From Mytilus trossulus (taxonomy: Eukaryota): 64,000 nt of DNA. This document shows, one piece after another, positions 38,711 to 51,358 of the stretch (position 1 is its first letter; every line of letters begins with the position of its first letter). The stretch covers positions 24,614,001 through 24,678,000 of the forward strand of contig NC_086379.1 of the NCBI RefSeq assembly GCF_036588685.1, in the 5' to 3' direction. Under the pieces are notes generated by a model. That model made no database searches. It was not told the origin of the DNA and saw only the letters and a program-made list of their open reading frames with translations. The translations under genes and the position numbers were made by a program.

Positions 38711-41700
38711 TAAGTACAAAACGAACCTTATAAAAAAAACTTTTGATCGGGTTCGTGTTGCTCAGCCTTTAGTTTTCTGTGTAGTCATCTGTTGACCTAT
38801 TCGTCAAAATTTGTGTTTTATTGTAATAACGTGATGTAATTTGCTCTCCGAATTGTCTTTCTTTGTGCTGTAAGTTTCGCCACGATATATTTCTATTTAT
38901 AGTAATTAAGTTATTAGCCTATCATTTACTTGTCTTGACAATTTTGTTTAAGGGGTAAACAACGTACCTTGAAGATCAATATATAGATCTATGCAATATG
39001 AAAAGCGATTATTTTTGGCTCAAGGTCTTGGAAAAGCTTGGGTCATAACATTTCATAAGATTCTTGTTATTAAATTAACCAGTGAAGTGCTTATCTTGTT
39101 TTTACCTGAACCTTTCTCTTCAATATCATTTGGACATTTACCAATTAGTTCAATTTCAAATAAAGAATTAAATCTTGCCTTGTGCAATACCAACAATACC
39201 AACCAGAAATTCATTTTTCTGATTTCATATCATCGCGTGTGGGTGGTTGAAATGATAACTACTATCGGACAATGCTACACCTGATTTTTCCTGTAATTAT
39301 AATCTGCTCACTACAGCGACTCCTGGTATGTAATAACATGAGAATGGGTGCCATATGAGCATATGGATCTGCTCTCCTTTCAAGAGCACATGAGATCACC
39401 CATGAGGTTGGGTTTAGATTGCGCAGTCATAACTTTTTATGTCGTGTTTTGTGAATTATTTTTTGTCTGTTTATCTTTTTTTCTTCAGCAATGGTGCTGT
39501 CATTTATATTTTTTCGTATAGTTTGGATATCCCTTTAGTATCACCCGCCTCTCATTTAAGGTAGAAAAAAATCAGAGTGGGCCAGGCTTGGAATTTTCGA
39601 GTAAGTAACAAATTTTTTGTAATTCATGTAAAATTATTTCAAAGTTGGACATCGCTGTTCTAATGCTTGGTACACATGAACTTTCTTTTCATCGATTATT
39701 TACTTTCCCTTAAGTACATTGGATAAGGGGAATCATCAAAGTGGGATTACTTTTGTTGTATGAAACCCCAATCTTGAACGTGTTCTGGAAAGGCTGACAC
39801 TACGTTAGTATGTTAAATGTGTGAGAATAATTTTATTCATCTAAGCTTCAAATTCAATCCTTATAAACCATAAGATATTTTTAGTAAAAAAAACTTTCAA
39901 TTTCTTGAAAACATTCTTTTCTTGTTAACTGTTACTTAAAAACCAAGAATACAACATCAATAATAGATAACCTTATTTGTTTCTAGCAAATTGTATCGTA
40001 CATTTTCGTTCCTAAATGTTCTTTAACATTGTTTTTTTTTTAATCTCGCGTCACTAGATAAACGAGCGCCTCGCGAACAAAACAATAAGCCTGGTATCGT
40101 GATGAGGTTAAAATTGGAACTTTTGTGTATGATAATAACCGCCAATCTTACCGCGAGAATCAGTGACTATGATGATAATTATTTTGTAGCAAAAAGTAAA
40201 ATCGTTAAAAAAACTGCACTCCGAGGAAAATTCAAACGATCCCTAATCAAATGGCAAAATTAAAAGCTCAAACTCGTCAAACGAATGGATAACAACTTGT
40301 ATTCAGATAATGAACTTTCAATTGGGTTTAATCGCAGAGTTGGCATACTATTGAATTTGTCAAAAGTATTTTTTAAGTTAATTCGGTCAGTATTATCTCG
40401 TTCTGTAAACAGGGATAAACTTCATCTGTAAAAATAAAAATGAAACGCTTGTTGGTTAAATGCATGTTAATCTGAAAGTATAAAGTATATAGTATATGAT
40501 CGATTGATTTTGTTGACATAAAAACAAGGTGGCGATAGTGTATGTCTTTTCACAAACATGAAAACGTTTCTACCAGTTTGGTTCTCAAAATTGGTCGATA
40601 TGGATAGAGAGCAAAAAATTTTACTACCAATTTGGAGATATGAATAACTGTACTCTATCTATATGGTTTCATTGTTTAATCATTAGTGATTGTTTAAAAA
40701 CAATTAGGGCCGATTGAATGAATTTGGTTGATTTTACAAGATGTTTCAGCCGATAGAAGGTATAATAAATAAATGAAATTAAATATTGGTCGGTGGAATA
40801 ATGCTAGACTTTGACTAGATACCTAAATGTCTCTCCACCATTATTGTGTCCTACAATCTTGAAACTCTCTAAATTGAAATATAAGGATATGTTGTTTCCT
40901 ACTGACCTCTAGCGGTATTAGTTCTAGTTCGTTCATCACGTTTGTATTGCACCTAGGATCTCGATCGTGATGTCTGTTGATACAATTAATATTCTTTCTA
41001 TTTTTTCCTGTTCTGTTTCCTTTTTTGTGTATTGTCCTATGCGATTAATTGAAGCATTTTTTTTATCCATGAATGGTCTTACTAAGGATTTAGATGCGTT
41101 TTTATTGCATTACTTTGGTCAACTATGTAGATTACGTTTGGGAAAGCAAGCTGTTTAGCTTGGTTATTATTTTGCTGTTGTTTCATATATTTGTTCTGCA
41201 TGTTAGATCATGTGATATTTTGGTCAAAAGAGTATTTATGTATATTGTTAACATCAGCTAAGAAGTCTTAAGTTCGGCATCATTATAATTCACGTGCTAG
41301 TGATAAGCTTCATGAATATTTTCAGTTTCAAATTTTATATGCAAATGTAGCTTGGTCACATTCCACTCATTCAATGTAGTAAAACTGTCAGTTGAGTTTA
41401 AACATAATGTAACTTTCTTATGATATATTTTATATTTTTTCAATCATCATACTGACTCCATTACAAAAGTGTTCGACTTGATAATTGACATAGTTCTAAG
41501 AACAAAAATATTACATTTGATATGTAGACTTGTAAATTTGGAACATTAAAACTAAAATTAAAAAAATCTGAACTCGGAGAAAAATTCTAAACGTTAACTC
41601 CCTAATCAAATGACAAAATCAAAAGCTCAAACAATGTCAAATACATCAAGCGAATGGACAACAACTGGGTTATTCCTGACTTCATACAGGCATTTTCTTA

Positions 41701-42214
41701 TGTAGATAATGGGGGATTGAACCTGATTTACAGCTAGATTAACTTTCCTTTGTATGACAGTCGTAGAAAATTGCACAAAAAGGTAAATATGTCAAAAATA
41801 GGGGTAAGGCAGTCAACGTTATTATCTTAATTACTATAACAGAAACTAGTATAAAAATAAACATTCACCATGACACAATATCATAATGACGGTATTTATA
41901 AGTACAGAGAACAGAAAAGGGAATACAGAAAAAGCATATTAGCAAAAAAACGAGACACAAATACAAAAAGTATCATAGAACAAAAACACAATGAAGGGAT
42001 GTATAAATAAAGAGCAACCTCAAGTGAATACCACCAAAAAAAACCAGACTAAGCAGTTGACTGTCCCTCTGGTTTCTTACGTCCCTCTTTTCTAACGACC
42101 TATTCATAAACACAAATAAAAGAATACTTGAACACGTTATCAAGACTATAAACAACTTCAGTACCCAGAATCTATACTTTAAGATCATCGTGTATTGTTT
42201 GTGAAGTTGATATT

Positions 42215-42780
42215 TAAAAAACAAAAGATGTGGTATAATTACCAATGAGACAACTCTAGGTTAACGTACGGTTTTCAACAATGAGCAAAGCCAATACCGC
42301 AAAGTCAGCTTAAACCGAACTGACATATGTAAAACAATTTAAACGAGAAAACTAACAGCCTAATTTAAGTACATAAAATGAACGAAAAAAAATATTTAAC
42401 GCATCAACAAACGACAAACAAAGAATTACAGGCTCCTGACTTGGGACAGGCACATACATACAGAATGTGGCGGGGTTAATCATTTTCATGATTTTAGCGG
42501 AACCCCTCCCCCTAACAGTGACACAGTGGTGTAACAGTACAATATAAAAAAGAACTATCAAAATCAGTTGAAAACTGCATTACTCATCAAATGAATACAA
42601 ATAAAAATACATCTTATAAAAACACACGTGGCCGGGTACTTGTATATCCAAACAACAAAAAGACACTAAGTATTGATCTGCGTGTAATCGCAGTTACTGA
42701 CAACTTGTTCAAAGCCACTAACAACGAGTAAGAAAAATAATGCATCTAAGACTTAATCATCAATCAGAACACATCCAACA
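42215..42780 (-). mobile_element. Non-coding 3'-end copy of the family 2 Penelope-like element
   Basis: Reverse-complement similarity to 31850-32440. Twister-like core at 42428-42528 is intact (GGGG GAGGG ... UAA CCCC GCC ACAU..AUGU G CCUG UCCCAAGU CAGG A). Confidence 0.75.
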
Positions 42781-43016
42781 TAATATTATATATATGTATA
42801 TGTATATGTCCTATTCTTTTAATTTTAGTTTCTTGTGTACAATTTGGAAATTAGTATGGCGTTCATTATCACTTAACTAGTATATATTTGTTTAGGGGCC
42901 AGCTGAAGGACGCCTCAGGGTGCGGAAATTTCTCGTTACATTGAAGACCTGTTGGTGACCTTCTGCTGTTATTTTTTCTATGGTCGGGTTGTTGTTTCTT
43001 TGACACATTCCCCATT

Positions 43017-46000
43017 TAGTCCGGCCGATCGGTGAAAAAATTGCTCAAATAATGAGGAAAGCACAATTTTTTGCATGATGGTACATGTTTGTGTACTGAG
43101 CAATATTAGCTATGGACCCACCCTCAAAATTCAATATGGCAACTTATTTCAGGATGGCTGCCGTACGTTCTAAAATATTTTCCAGTACTACACGAACCAC
43201 AGTGGATTTGATGCTGGAAGCACAAACATCAACATATTTGAATGACTTGGTGTCCTTAGCAAGATTTTGTTTTGATCTATCTTTGAAATACAAAATGGCG
43301 GCTATTTTCAAAATGGCCGTCTTAAAAAGGAGCAAATATTCATTATTGATAATTGAACTGAATATAAGCATTTTATTGATGTATAGTGTCATTTAGTATC
43401 TGTTCCAGTTCTGTCCTTTTAGATTTTGCATTGCTGGTCATTTCGTACACAAAGTTGTAGCTTTCATAAAAAGCTGCAGTTGTAGCTTTCATTAAAAGCT
43501 GCACTATTTCTTGTCTTGGGTCACACATAAAAGCTGTAATTTTGGATTTATCTGCTTTAAGATATTATTCAGTGCCTATCTTATTTCTGGGGTCGCAATA
43601 TTTTGCAATTTGAGATATGAAACTGTGAATTGCGAATCATTTAAACACATATCAGTGAAATGGCAGGACAACAAGGACAAGAGCGTTGAAATGGTAGAAA
43701 CTGAATCACTTGAGGATATGGAGGAACCCACAGCTGAAGACAGAGGACAGCTCAGAAATGACTATTTAACAATTGTACCAAGAATATTTAGCAGATAGTA
43801 AATCTAATTCTCAGAGCGAATCATCGCGAATTGATAAAAACAAGTGTTGGTCTCATACCGTTTCAAGCTGAACAGAAAGAGGCAATGCATATTAATAACG
43901 AACAGATGAGAGCAATATCTCAGCAACTTCAGCAGTCTGAAGACAGGATAGACCACAAGGCTAGTAATAATTACTTGGCGAATTGATGGTTAGACGAATA
44001 AGATATTCAATGCTGTGGTGAGACGAATGGGCAAGCTGACAACAACTGAGGAAGTAGAAACAGCTCAATTTAAAAGTGCATTTGAACAGCAGGGTACCTT
44101 CCAATAACTGGCATCTGTTGGAAATAAATAAGTGGACAATCGAAATAAAAAAGTTAAAATTCCTGCAATGGACACATCATCTAAGCCAATATTTGACCTT
44201 AGCCAGTACAACAAGTAAACCAAAAGTACACATCAAAATTCATGCCTTGGGTCTTTCCAAAATGATTGTTCGCGTGAACCAGCAACCGTGCCAACTCTGT
44301 TGAAGGTGTCTTCACCTTAAGTCAAAAGTCCTATGTCAGGGTCCTTGGCCCTGCATGAAACATTTCAAATTATTCAATATCTAATGAAGAAAATACTTAA
44401 AACCTCTAGTACTTCTTAAGGATACCAGCAAAAGGCTTATGTGTCGTCGTACGCACACTTACAATCTTCTATGAGTCAATAATATTTGGTTCAGAGCAGC
44501 ACACCATTACAGAAACAATTGGCTGCAAGAGGATTCTATCAAGTTTCTTCAATGCTAAATGCAGTGCCTACTTACGGTATCATCCCCACATTTACCACTC
44601 AAATTATGACAACCTCGCCAGTTCCTGGAACTCTAACATGCTTCCCATAACAACAAGCTGACTCCACTGACCGATCCAGGAAAGGGCAGAGGAAACCAAA
44701 TAAGTGTGGCAACACGTCCTATTCAGACTCCTCATTGGAGAGAGAATATACCCCATGGCAGGACAATCTTGGTGAAAGCCAACATCTCCCAAAAATGTAA
44801 AAAAAAATCAATTTGAGAGGATCCATGACTTGGGAGGCGTTCATTTACCAATTTGAACAAACTGCCGGTAGTTGACAATGGGAAAACAGGAAAATGTATG
44901 TAGGCCCTATATTGCAGGCCGATGTTGGCTTTGCGTCCGCTCGAACAGATGATGATTTCAAGGCCTAAAAACAAGCATTCATTTGGAGCAGCGCTACAGC
45001 AAGAAAGACGATCAAAGCAGATTAAAACCGAGCATTCCGTCGAGATTGTAAAGACAAAGATTCTTCAAGGCATGTAATAAAGAGAAACACAGAAATTTTC
45101 AACAAGGCGTTAAATCAACTAAAATCAGATGGTGATATATGGATCAAAAAGTGCCAATTATAACCATCAACAATGGCGCAATATCACCGACCGATAAAGG
45201 AAATATGAACAGACCTTTGAATAATCAGGGGCATAACCTCACACAAATTTTCACAAAACTAGCTTATGTTATGCTTTCAACTAATCAGCATAACCGTGGA
45301 TTGGCCGATCAGTTTATCCTCGGTTCTTCTGATCAAATAATCATGGAAGATCACCAGTTCAATGGAAGATCACCTGATCAATATACACGTGTAAGATCTC
45401 CTGAGCAGTACATTCGCGGTAGATCTCCTGAGCAGTACATTCGCGGTAGATCTCCTTATAGAAATACACCCAAGCTTAATGCCTATCGATCAGCAACACC
45501 CCCACTAAGCTAGAGATCATAAAGTCCCTAAAGACAACGGTAAGAATCTCCACGGGCAAACACCATAAATCCCGGTTATTTAAGACAACGATCACCTTCA
45601 CAACGGTACGGAGCATATCAAAGTGCATCCCTAACAATTGAATTTTTAAACAGCAAAGGATCGTGCCAGTAGGCCAACGCACGATTCCAAAGTATATTGG
45701 CAATGAAACATCATTTCATCACAAAACCGAACAGAGGCCTACGGCCTCGTCCGATATTGTCATAAGACGAACCATTTGAAAGAGCTCAGCAGTACGAGGT
45801 ACTATACATGCCCAGTATGTGAGCATGATTGTCGACACTGCTGCAAGGATAACATTAGTAAATGAGAAATTAAGTCCGGCAGAAAATGTCGATTTGGAGA
45901 ACGTAACGCTACGTGTTTTTTTTTTAATAAAGAACGACTCTCGACATTAATAGAGTAAACATACAATGGGATGTGTGCAAAGAGCCATTTACAGACGATG

Positions 46001-46664
46001 TTATACTTAGGCTAGATATTTTGGACACACTGAGCGCAGTGATAAACCTGAGTACTCCCACAATTACCATTAATGACAATGGGAACGGCAGATGAAAACG
46101 CGATAAGTGACGTTAAATGTGACATTGAAGAGACACGAGACAAGGTGCCCTCGGCACTGCCTCAAAGTTAAGATGAGTTACCTACTATTCCACCACATTA
46201 AACAGACCTATATTAACGTTCAATCGACTCGTTTCACCTATTTCATTCCAACCATTAAAACTGAAAGGGTTTAAAGAATAACATATAACATATTGATTAA
46301 CCTTTTGAATTTCACTATTTGTTTTGGTATATGCAGCCATATTTGCAAATGTATGTGTTATAGAAATAACCAAATTATTTTTTTTTATATTTTGAAATTA
46401 ATTGAAAACAAATTCAAGAACATGAAGTCCATTTTTGAAGAATTATTACTTTGATTTCCAAAATTATATAGAACACCTTAAGGACAATGTTGATACTTAT
46501 ACCGTTTTTCCGCCATCTTAAAAATGGCAGCCATATTGGATTTTTCAGAGTGGGTCCATAGCTGAAATCAAATGGCATATAACCAATAGCTACTATGCAA
46601 AGTTTCATGCTTTCCTCATCAAGTGAGCAATTCTGCTCTATATATGCACCAATCGGACGGACTA
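43017..46664. mobile_element. Non-autonomous Academ-type DNA transposon
   Basis: 18-bp TIR TAGTCCGGCCGATCGGTG versus TAGTCCGTCCGATTGGTG (16/18) and 3-bp TSD ATT at 43014-43016 and 46665-46667. It splits a family 1 repeat whose intact form reads CATTCCCCATTTCCATTCTCAATT. Subterminal motifs are shared with 21813-25786. Confidence 0.85.
43650..46180 (+). pseudogene. Decayed Gypsy/Ty3-like gag and aspartic protease inside the Academ element
   Basis: Gag-like TWEAFIYQFEQTA..QW at ~44828, RGRSP repeats in ORF 45139-45513, protease active site MIVDTAARITLV at ~45826 and DDVILRLDIL (ILGxD motif) at ~45994. Many stops and frameshifts; no RT or integrase seen. Confidence 0.7.
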
Positions 46665-47282
46665 ATTTCCATTCTCAATTTTATATGAAAAAACGTGCAC
46701 TTTTTTGGCAATTCGGTAGCATTTTAGTGCGTGTCCTAACAGCCAAACAGTTTTGAATTTAAGAATTGTTATTTGTAACAGATTGATATTGATGTGATAT
46801 GATTGTTATATTATTCGATAAATCTGTGATGACAAAACAAATTTAGATATTACAATGAAATTAAATCAATTTGTCAATTATTCATTTGGATAATTATAAA
46901 ATTATCTTTGTTAATGAAAACTAGTGTGAAGTTTTGTTTCTTCAAAAAATGCTAGAATAAGGGTGACAGTTCAATTTCACTAAAAACAAATATTTCTTTA
47001 TCCTTCCAAACAACAGGGTTTGTTAGGAAACAAAATATATAATTGTCTATCACAAATTTACGACAAAAAGAACGCAATTTTTGTTTCCTATTGTTTATTT
47101 TCCCTCTTTTGAGGGTGGTGTTTCTTTGGCACATATACAGAAAAACATTAAAACTCTGAAGGAAAATGATATTTTTTAAACTTTTGAAGAATAAAAACTT
47201 AACTAAAAATTGATGAAGCCAAGTTCAAATAAGCAAAAGGAATTTACACTGAATAGACTTATTTAAAGATCTGTTTATATGA

Positions 47283-49195
47283 AAAAAGTAAAATCACAAA
47301 AATTCTGAACTTCAATTCGGAAAGTCTATAATCACAAGCCAAAATCAAATAAAAAACACATCAAAAACGAATGGACAAGAACTGTCATATTCCTGACTTG
47401 GTACAGGTATTTTCAAATGTAGAAAATGGTGGATTAAACCTGGTTTTATAGCGCTAACCCTCTCACTTTAATGACAGTCTCGTCAAATTCCGTTGTATAT
47501 ACAATGATGCATGAACTAAACAGACACCGTGACAATACATAAAATAGTCAAAAAAATGGGTACAGCAGTCATCATCGTGTTACAATTTTAAAAGGGCGAC
47601 AATTTAACAGAACACAAAAACATCTATCTACAAACACATTCATTGATTTGCATGTCTGACGTCAGAAAATTGTATACGTCACATACATTTGTCGTTCAAT
47701 GTACATACAAACAATTTTCAAATTTCACATAGACAATGTTAGCATACAGGGTTAAAAAATTAAAAGAATGTAAGAATATATTTTAGAAATAGACCGAGAT
47801 TTAAAATAGCCCAACACTTATAAAGAATTTATACGAATCCACAAATAGTTAATTCCACAACGTGATTGAATGATTTTGACGTTTGAGGTTCACCGTATTT
47901 TGTAATTCATAATAGAAATATATCATAATGACATAAAATAGAACAATATCATACTGAAGGGATCTTCTGAAATACAGAGTCACGTTATAAGGACCAAAGA
48001 AATGCCAAAGGCCGCATATACAAAACAAACCACCCAAAAATTAAAGACAATACAAACACATTAACGGGATGTTTAATTACCACACCACGTTAAATGGATA
48101 TCACATAATACAATCCAACAGTAAAAGTAGTATTAATGATAGAACAAAGACAAATGAAAGAACAATAAAACACGTTGTTAAGATGATAAACAACATCAGT
48201 ACGCAGAATCTATACATCAAAATCATCATGGATTATTTGTGAAGTTGATACGGAATATTTATCAACAAGGTCTTGGTACCTTCCGATGAACTTTTTTTAG
48301 AAAAAGAACGAGACGTTCTTTGACATACCCCTGGTTCATCAACTTTCTACCCAGACACTGATGACGTTTTACAAAGTCCGAGTAGGATCTGCAAGCTCTT
48401 AAATATCGAATAAGTTGGGAAATATATATCCCATATGCAGGTCAAGTTGGTATATTGCTACTAAGGTGGGGGAAATTGATAATTTCAAAATTTAAATCGT
48501 CTCGTTTGTCATAGATTCTGACTGTGTAAGTCAAATTCGAGATATAAGTCTAAAAATGAGGCGGAGGAAACCGTGTCTGTTGTTTCCTTAATTTCTAGTT
48601 CTGGGGATATATTAATGGAACCCAATCAGAAAAGTTCGGATTGTTTATGGAAAGAACATCATAAATATATCTGAAAGTGAAATTAAATAATCTGGCTTCT
48701 TTGATTCTCTTGTTTTGACAAGTGTCTGGAGGAACTCCGATTCATATTAAAATAAGAAGAGGTCGGTAAGAAGTGGCGCACATTTTTTCCCCATAGGAAT
48801 GCCGATAATTTGTTGGAAAAGTCTACCTCCAAACTCGACCAATATGTTGTCGATAAAATACTCCAGCATACTGACCACTTGTTCTTCTGTGTAGCATGAT
48901 TTACTTTTTTTTTGTCACTATTAATGAAATATGCCTTATGAAATCCGGAAGTAAAAATTTATAACGTATGCTACCATTTCTATGTTGAAAGGTATTGTGG
49001 GTTATTTCTTTTAGACGATTTTTCAATTTCACATGGGGAATAGTGGTATACAGGGTTGAAAAATCAAAAGTTTTGATAGAACCAATTTCAGAAAAAGACC
49101 GAGATTTAAAATTGTCTAGAAGTTCTTTCGAATTTTAAGAATCCACATATGGTTAATAATGGTTTTCGCGAGTAAACAGTTTCACAGTATTTCTG
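47283..49195 (-). mobile_element. Truncated, decayed Penelope-like retroelement (family 4)
   Basis: Minus-strand relics IKTFDFSTLYTTIPH (~49030-49080), QQIIGIPMG..CAPLL (~48770-48815) and FTFRYIYDVLSINN..ELEIKETTD..SASFLDL (~48545-48685), followed by a 3' UTR shared with 10222-10775. Confidence 0.85.
47381..47478 (-). ncRNA. Putative type P5 twister ribozyme variant (family 4)
   Basis: 8-bp closing stem ACUGUCAU/AUGACAGU around GUGA GAGGG UUAGCGCUAUAAAACCAGGUU UAA UCC ACC .. CCUG UACCAAGU CAGG A. Confidence 0.55.
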
Positions 49196-50974
49196 AAGAC
49201 CCTCTTTCAAAAATGTCCGCAAATAAAAACAGTACAATACGTGAAAGGAAATGTTTGGTACGTTCGTCTCATGTTTTATCTGGTTCTCATTTACTCTATT
49301 CGTGATTGATAAAAAAAAAGAGGGGGTTTGCCATTTAGGTCATCAATCTTTTTTGAATGAAAAATACTTTTTTTTAATTTTTAGGTTTTTTTTTCAGGAG
49401 ACGCCATAAACTATTGAAATGCTATATAAATCATTGCATAAAAGTACAAATGTGCAGATATATTTTGTTAAAAAAAATATTTTGATATTTCAAATCAATG
49501 GCGCATAGAAATATGTGCATTTTATGGAAAATATTGTTATGTGATTAAAAAACTCATTTGGAATAAATAAATAGATTGATAAAACATTTAAAGGCGTTAA
49601 AATTGATGTGCCAAAACCAACATCTCCCGGACCCATTTTATTAAATGATTATTCGCTTATTTTTTTTTTTATGTCGTTTATATTCTTTTCGCAAAATTAT
49701 ATGTACCCGGATAACTGTATAAAATTATCAGATTGTACATGATCTGTAAAATATTTTAACGTCTTTTTCTACAATAACGAATTTTCCTTGTTGTAAGGGA
49801 GATAACTTAGTTTTTATTTTATCGATACTCTAAAGAACTCTTGCTAATAACATGAATAAAATGACTACGAATAGAAGACGTAATTGATGTTTTTTATATA
49901 TAAATGCACATACATTGAAGTACAATCTAAAGAAATTTCATATTGTACAATTTTCAATGTGCACGACAATGGCTTTCTTGTATCAACTAAAATGTACACT
50001 GCATGCCAAGTCTTTTGCCAAAAATTTCCGAAGTCATCATCAGAAATTAACAAAACACACGTATAACGTAATGCGTCCAAAACGTTTTCTGGATATACCG
50101 TCATCAGGAACGTTCAAAGCCTAACATTTGAAAACCAAAATGTATATAACCGAAACAGTTGAAGAGCTATATAAGCAAAGAGGGACGAACGTTATCAGAG
50201 GGACAGTCAAACTCATAAATCGAAAATAAACTGACAACGCCATGGCTAAAATGAAAAGGACAAACAGACAAACAATAGTACAAATGACACAACATAGAAA
50301 ACTTAAAAATAAACAACACAAAATTAGACTTCATGTAATAGCCAAATGCATCTAGGGCCAACTTTGCCAGAGGGAGTTGTAACTATTTAGAGAGGTTCCA
50401 ATTAGGATATATGATTAGTTCATAACTATTATTCGAATGTCAATATCATATCGAGATTTAGGAATGTTCATATTGTATGTACTTAGACGGCCAACAGAAG
50501 TGTTCATGTTATAAAAGGGAAACAATTTTATAACTACGATTAGAACTTATTATCCTTTTTCACTTTTTCAGAAAACAAAATGAACTTTGCTAGTTTTTGT
50601 GAAATTTTATTCAAATTTCCCGAGATCACAGGCCGGGCAGATGAGTGATTGCTAAAAACTGTCTTAAAATCAATACCATTCAGACCAAAGAACAACAGTT
50701 TGGTGGTGATATATATGCATACATCTGTTCTATCTATCCTGAACAATAGTATTTTAAAATTTGTATTTTCTAACAGACCAAACAACCTGATCCAAAATGA
50801 ATTAATAAAACTGTCAAACATCAGAACAACTATTTTGAAAATACTATTAATTGATGATTGATCGCATTTACAGATATAAATTCTTCTTATGTATTTTCTA
50901 GCTAACTTTAGAACAAGCTTTAACCCACCATTTCAGCTTTTGATTTTGCCATTAGATTACAGAATTTCCGTTTT

Positions 50975-51358
50975 ATTATAATCCTGGTACTTTTGATAAC
51001 TATTTACACCACTGGGTCGATGCCACTGCTGGTGGACGTTTCGTCCCCGAGGGTATCACCAGCCCAGTAGTCAGCACTTCGGTGTTGACATGAATATCAA
51101 TTATATGGTCATTTTTTTTAAATTTTCTGTTTACAAAACTTTGAATTATTCGAAAAACTAAGGATTTTCTTACCCCAGGAGTAGATTACCTTAGCCGTAT
51201 TTGACACAACTTTTTGGAATTTTGGGTCCTCAATGCTCTTCAACTTTGTATTTTTTTGGCTTTTTAACTATTTTGATCTGAGCGTCACTGACGAGTCTTA
51301 TGTAGACGAAACGCGCGTCTGGCGTATAAAATTATAATCCTGGTATTTTTGATAACTA
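50975..51358 (+). mobile_element. Full-length 356-nt non-LTR retrozyme monomer
   Basis: 28-nt direct repeat ATTATAATCCTGGTAYTTTTGATAACTA at 50975-51002 and 51331-51358 (period 356), no ORF, one intact hammerhead. Confidence 0.85.
51282..51325 (+). ncRNA. Minimal type I hammerhead ribozyme
   Basis: GCGUCA CUGACGA GUC UUAUGUA GAC GAAA CGCGCG UC / UGGCGU. Stem I GCGUCA:UGGCGU, stem II GUC:GAC, palindromic stem III ACGCGCGU, GUC cleavage site after 51319. Confidence 0.85.

Noticed and set aside
40144-40170. TTACCGCGAGAATCAGTGAC resembles the 5' stem of a hatchet ribozyme
   Set aside because: P1 pairing is imperfect and none of the downstream hatchet core is present.
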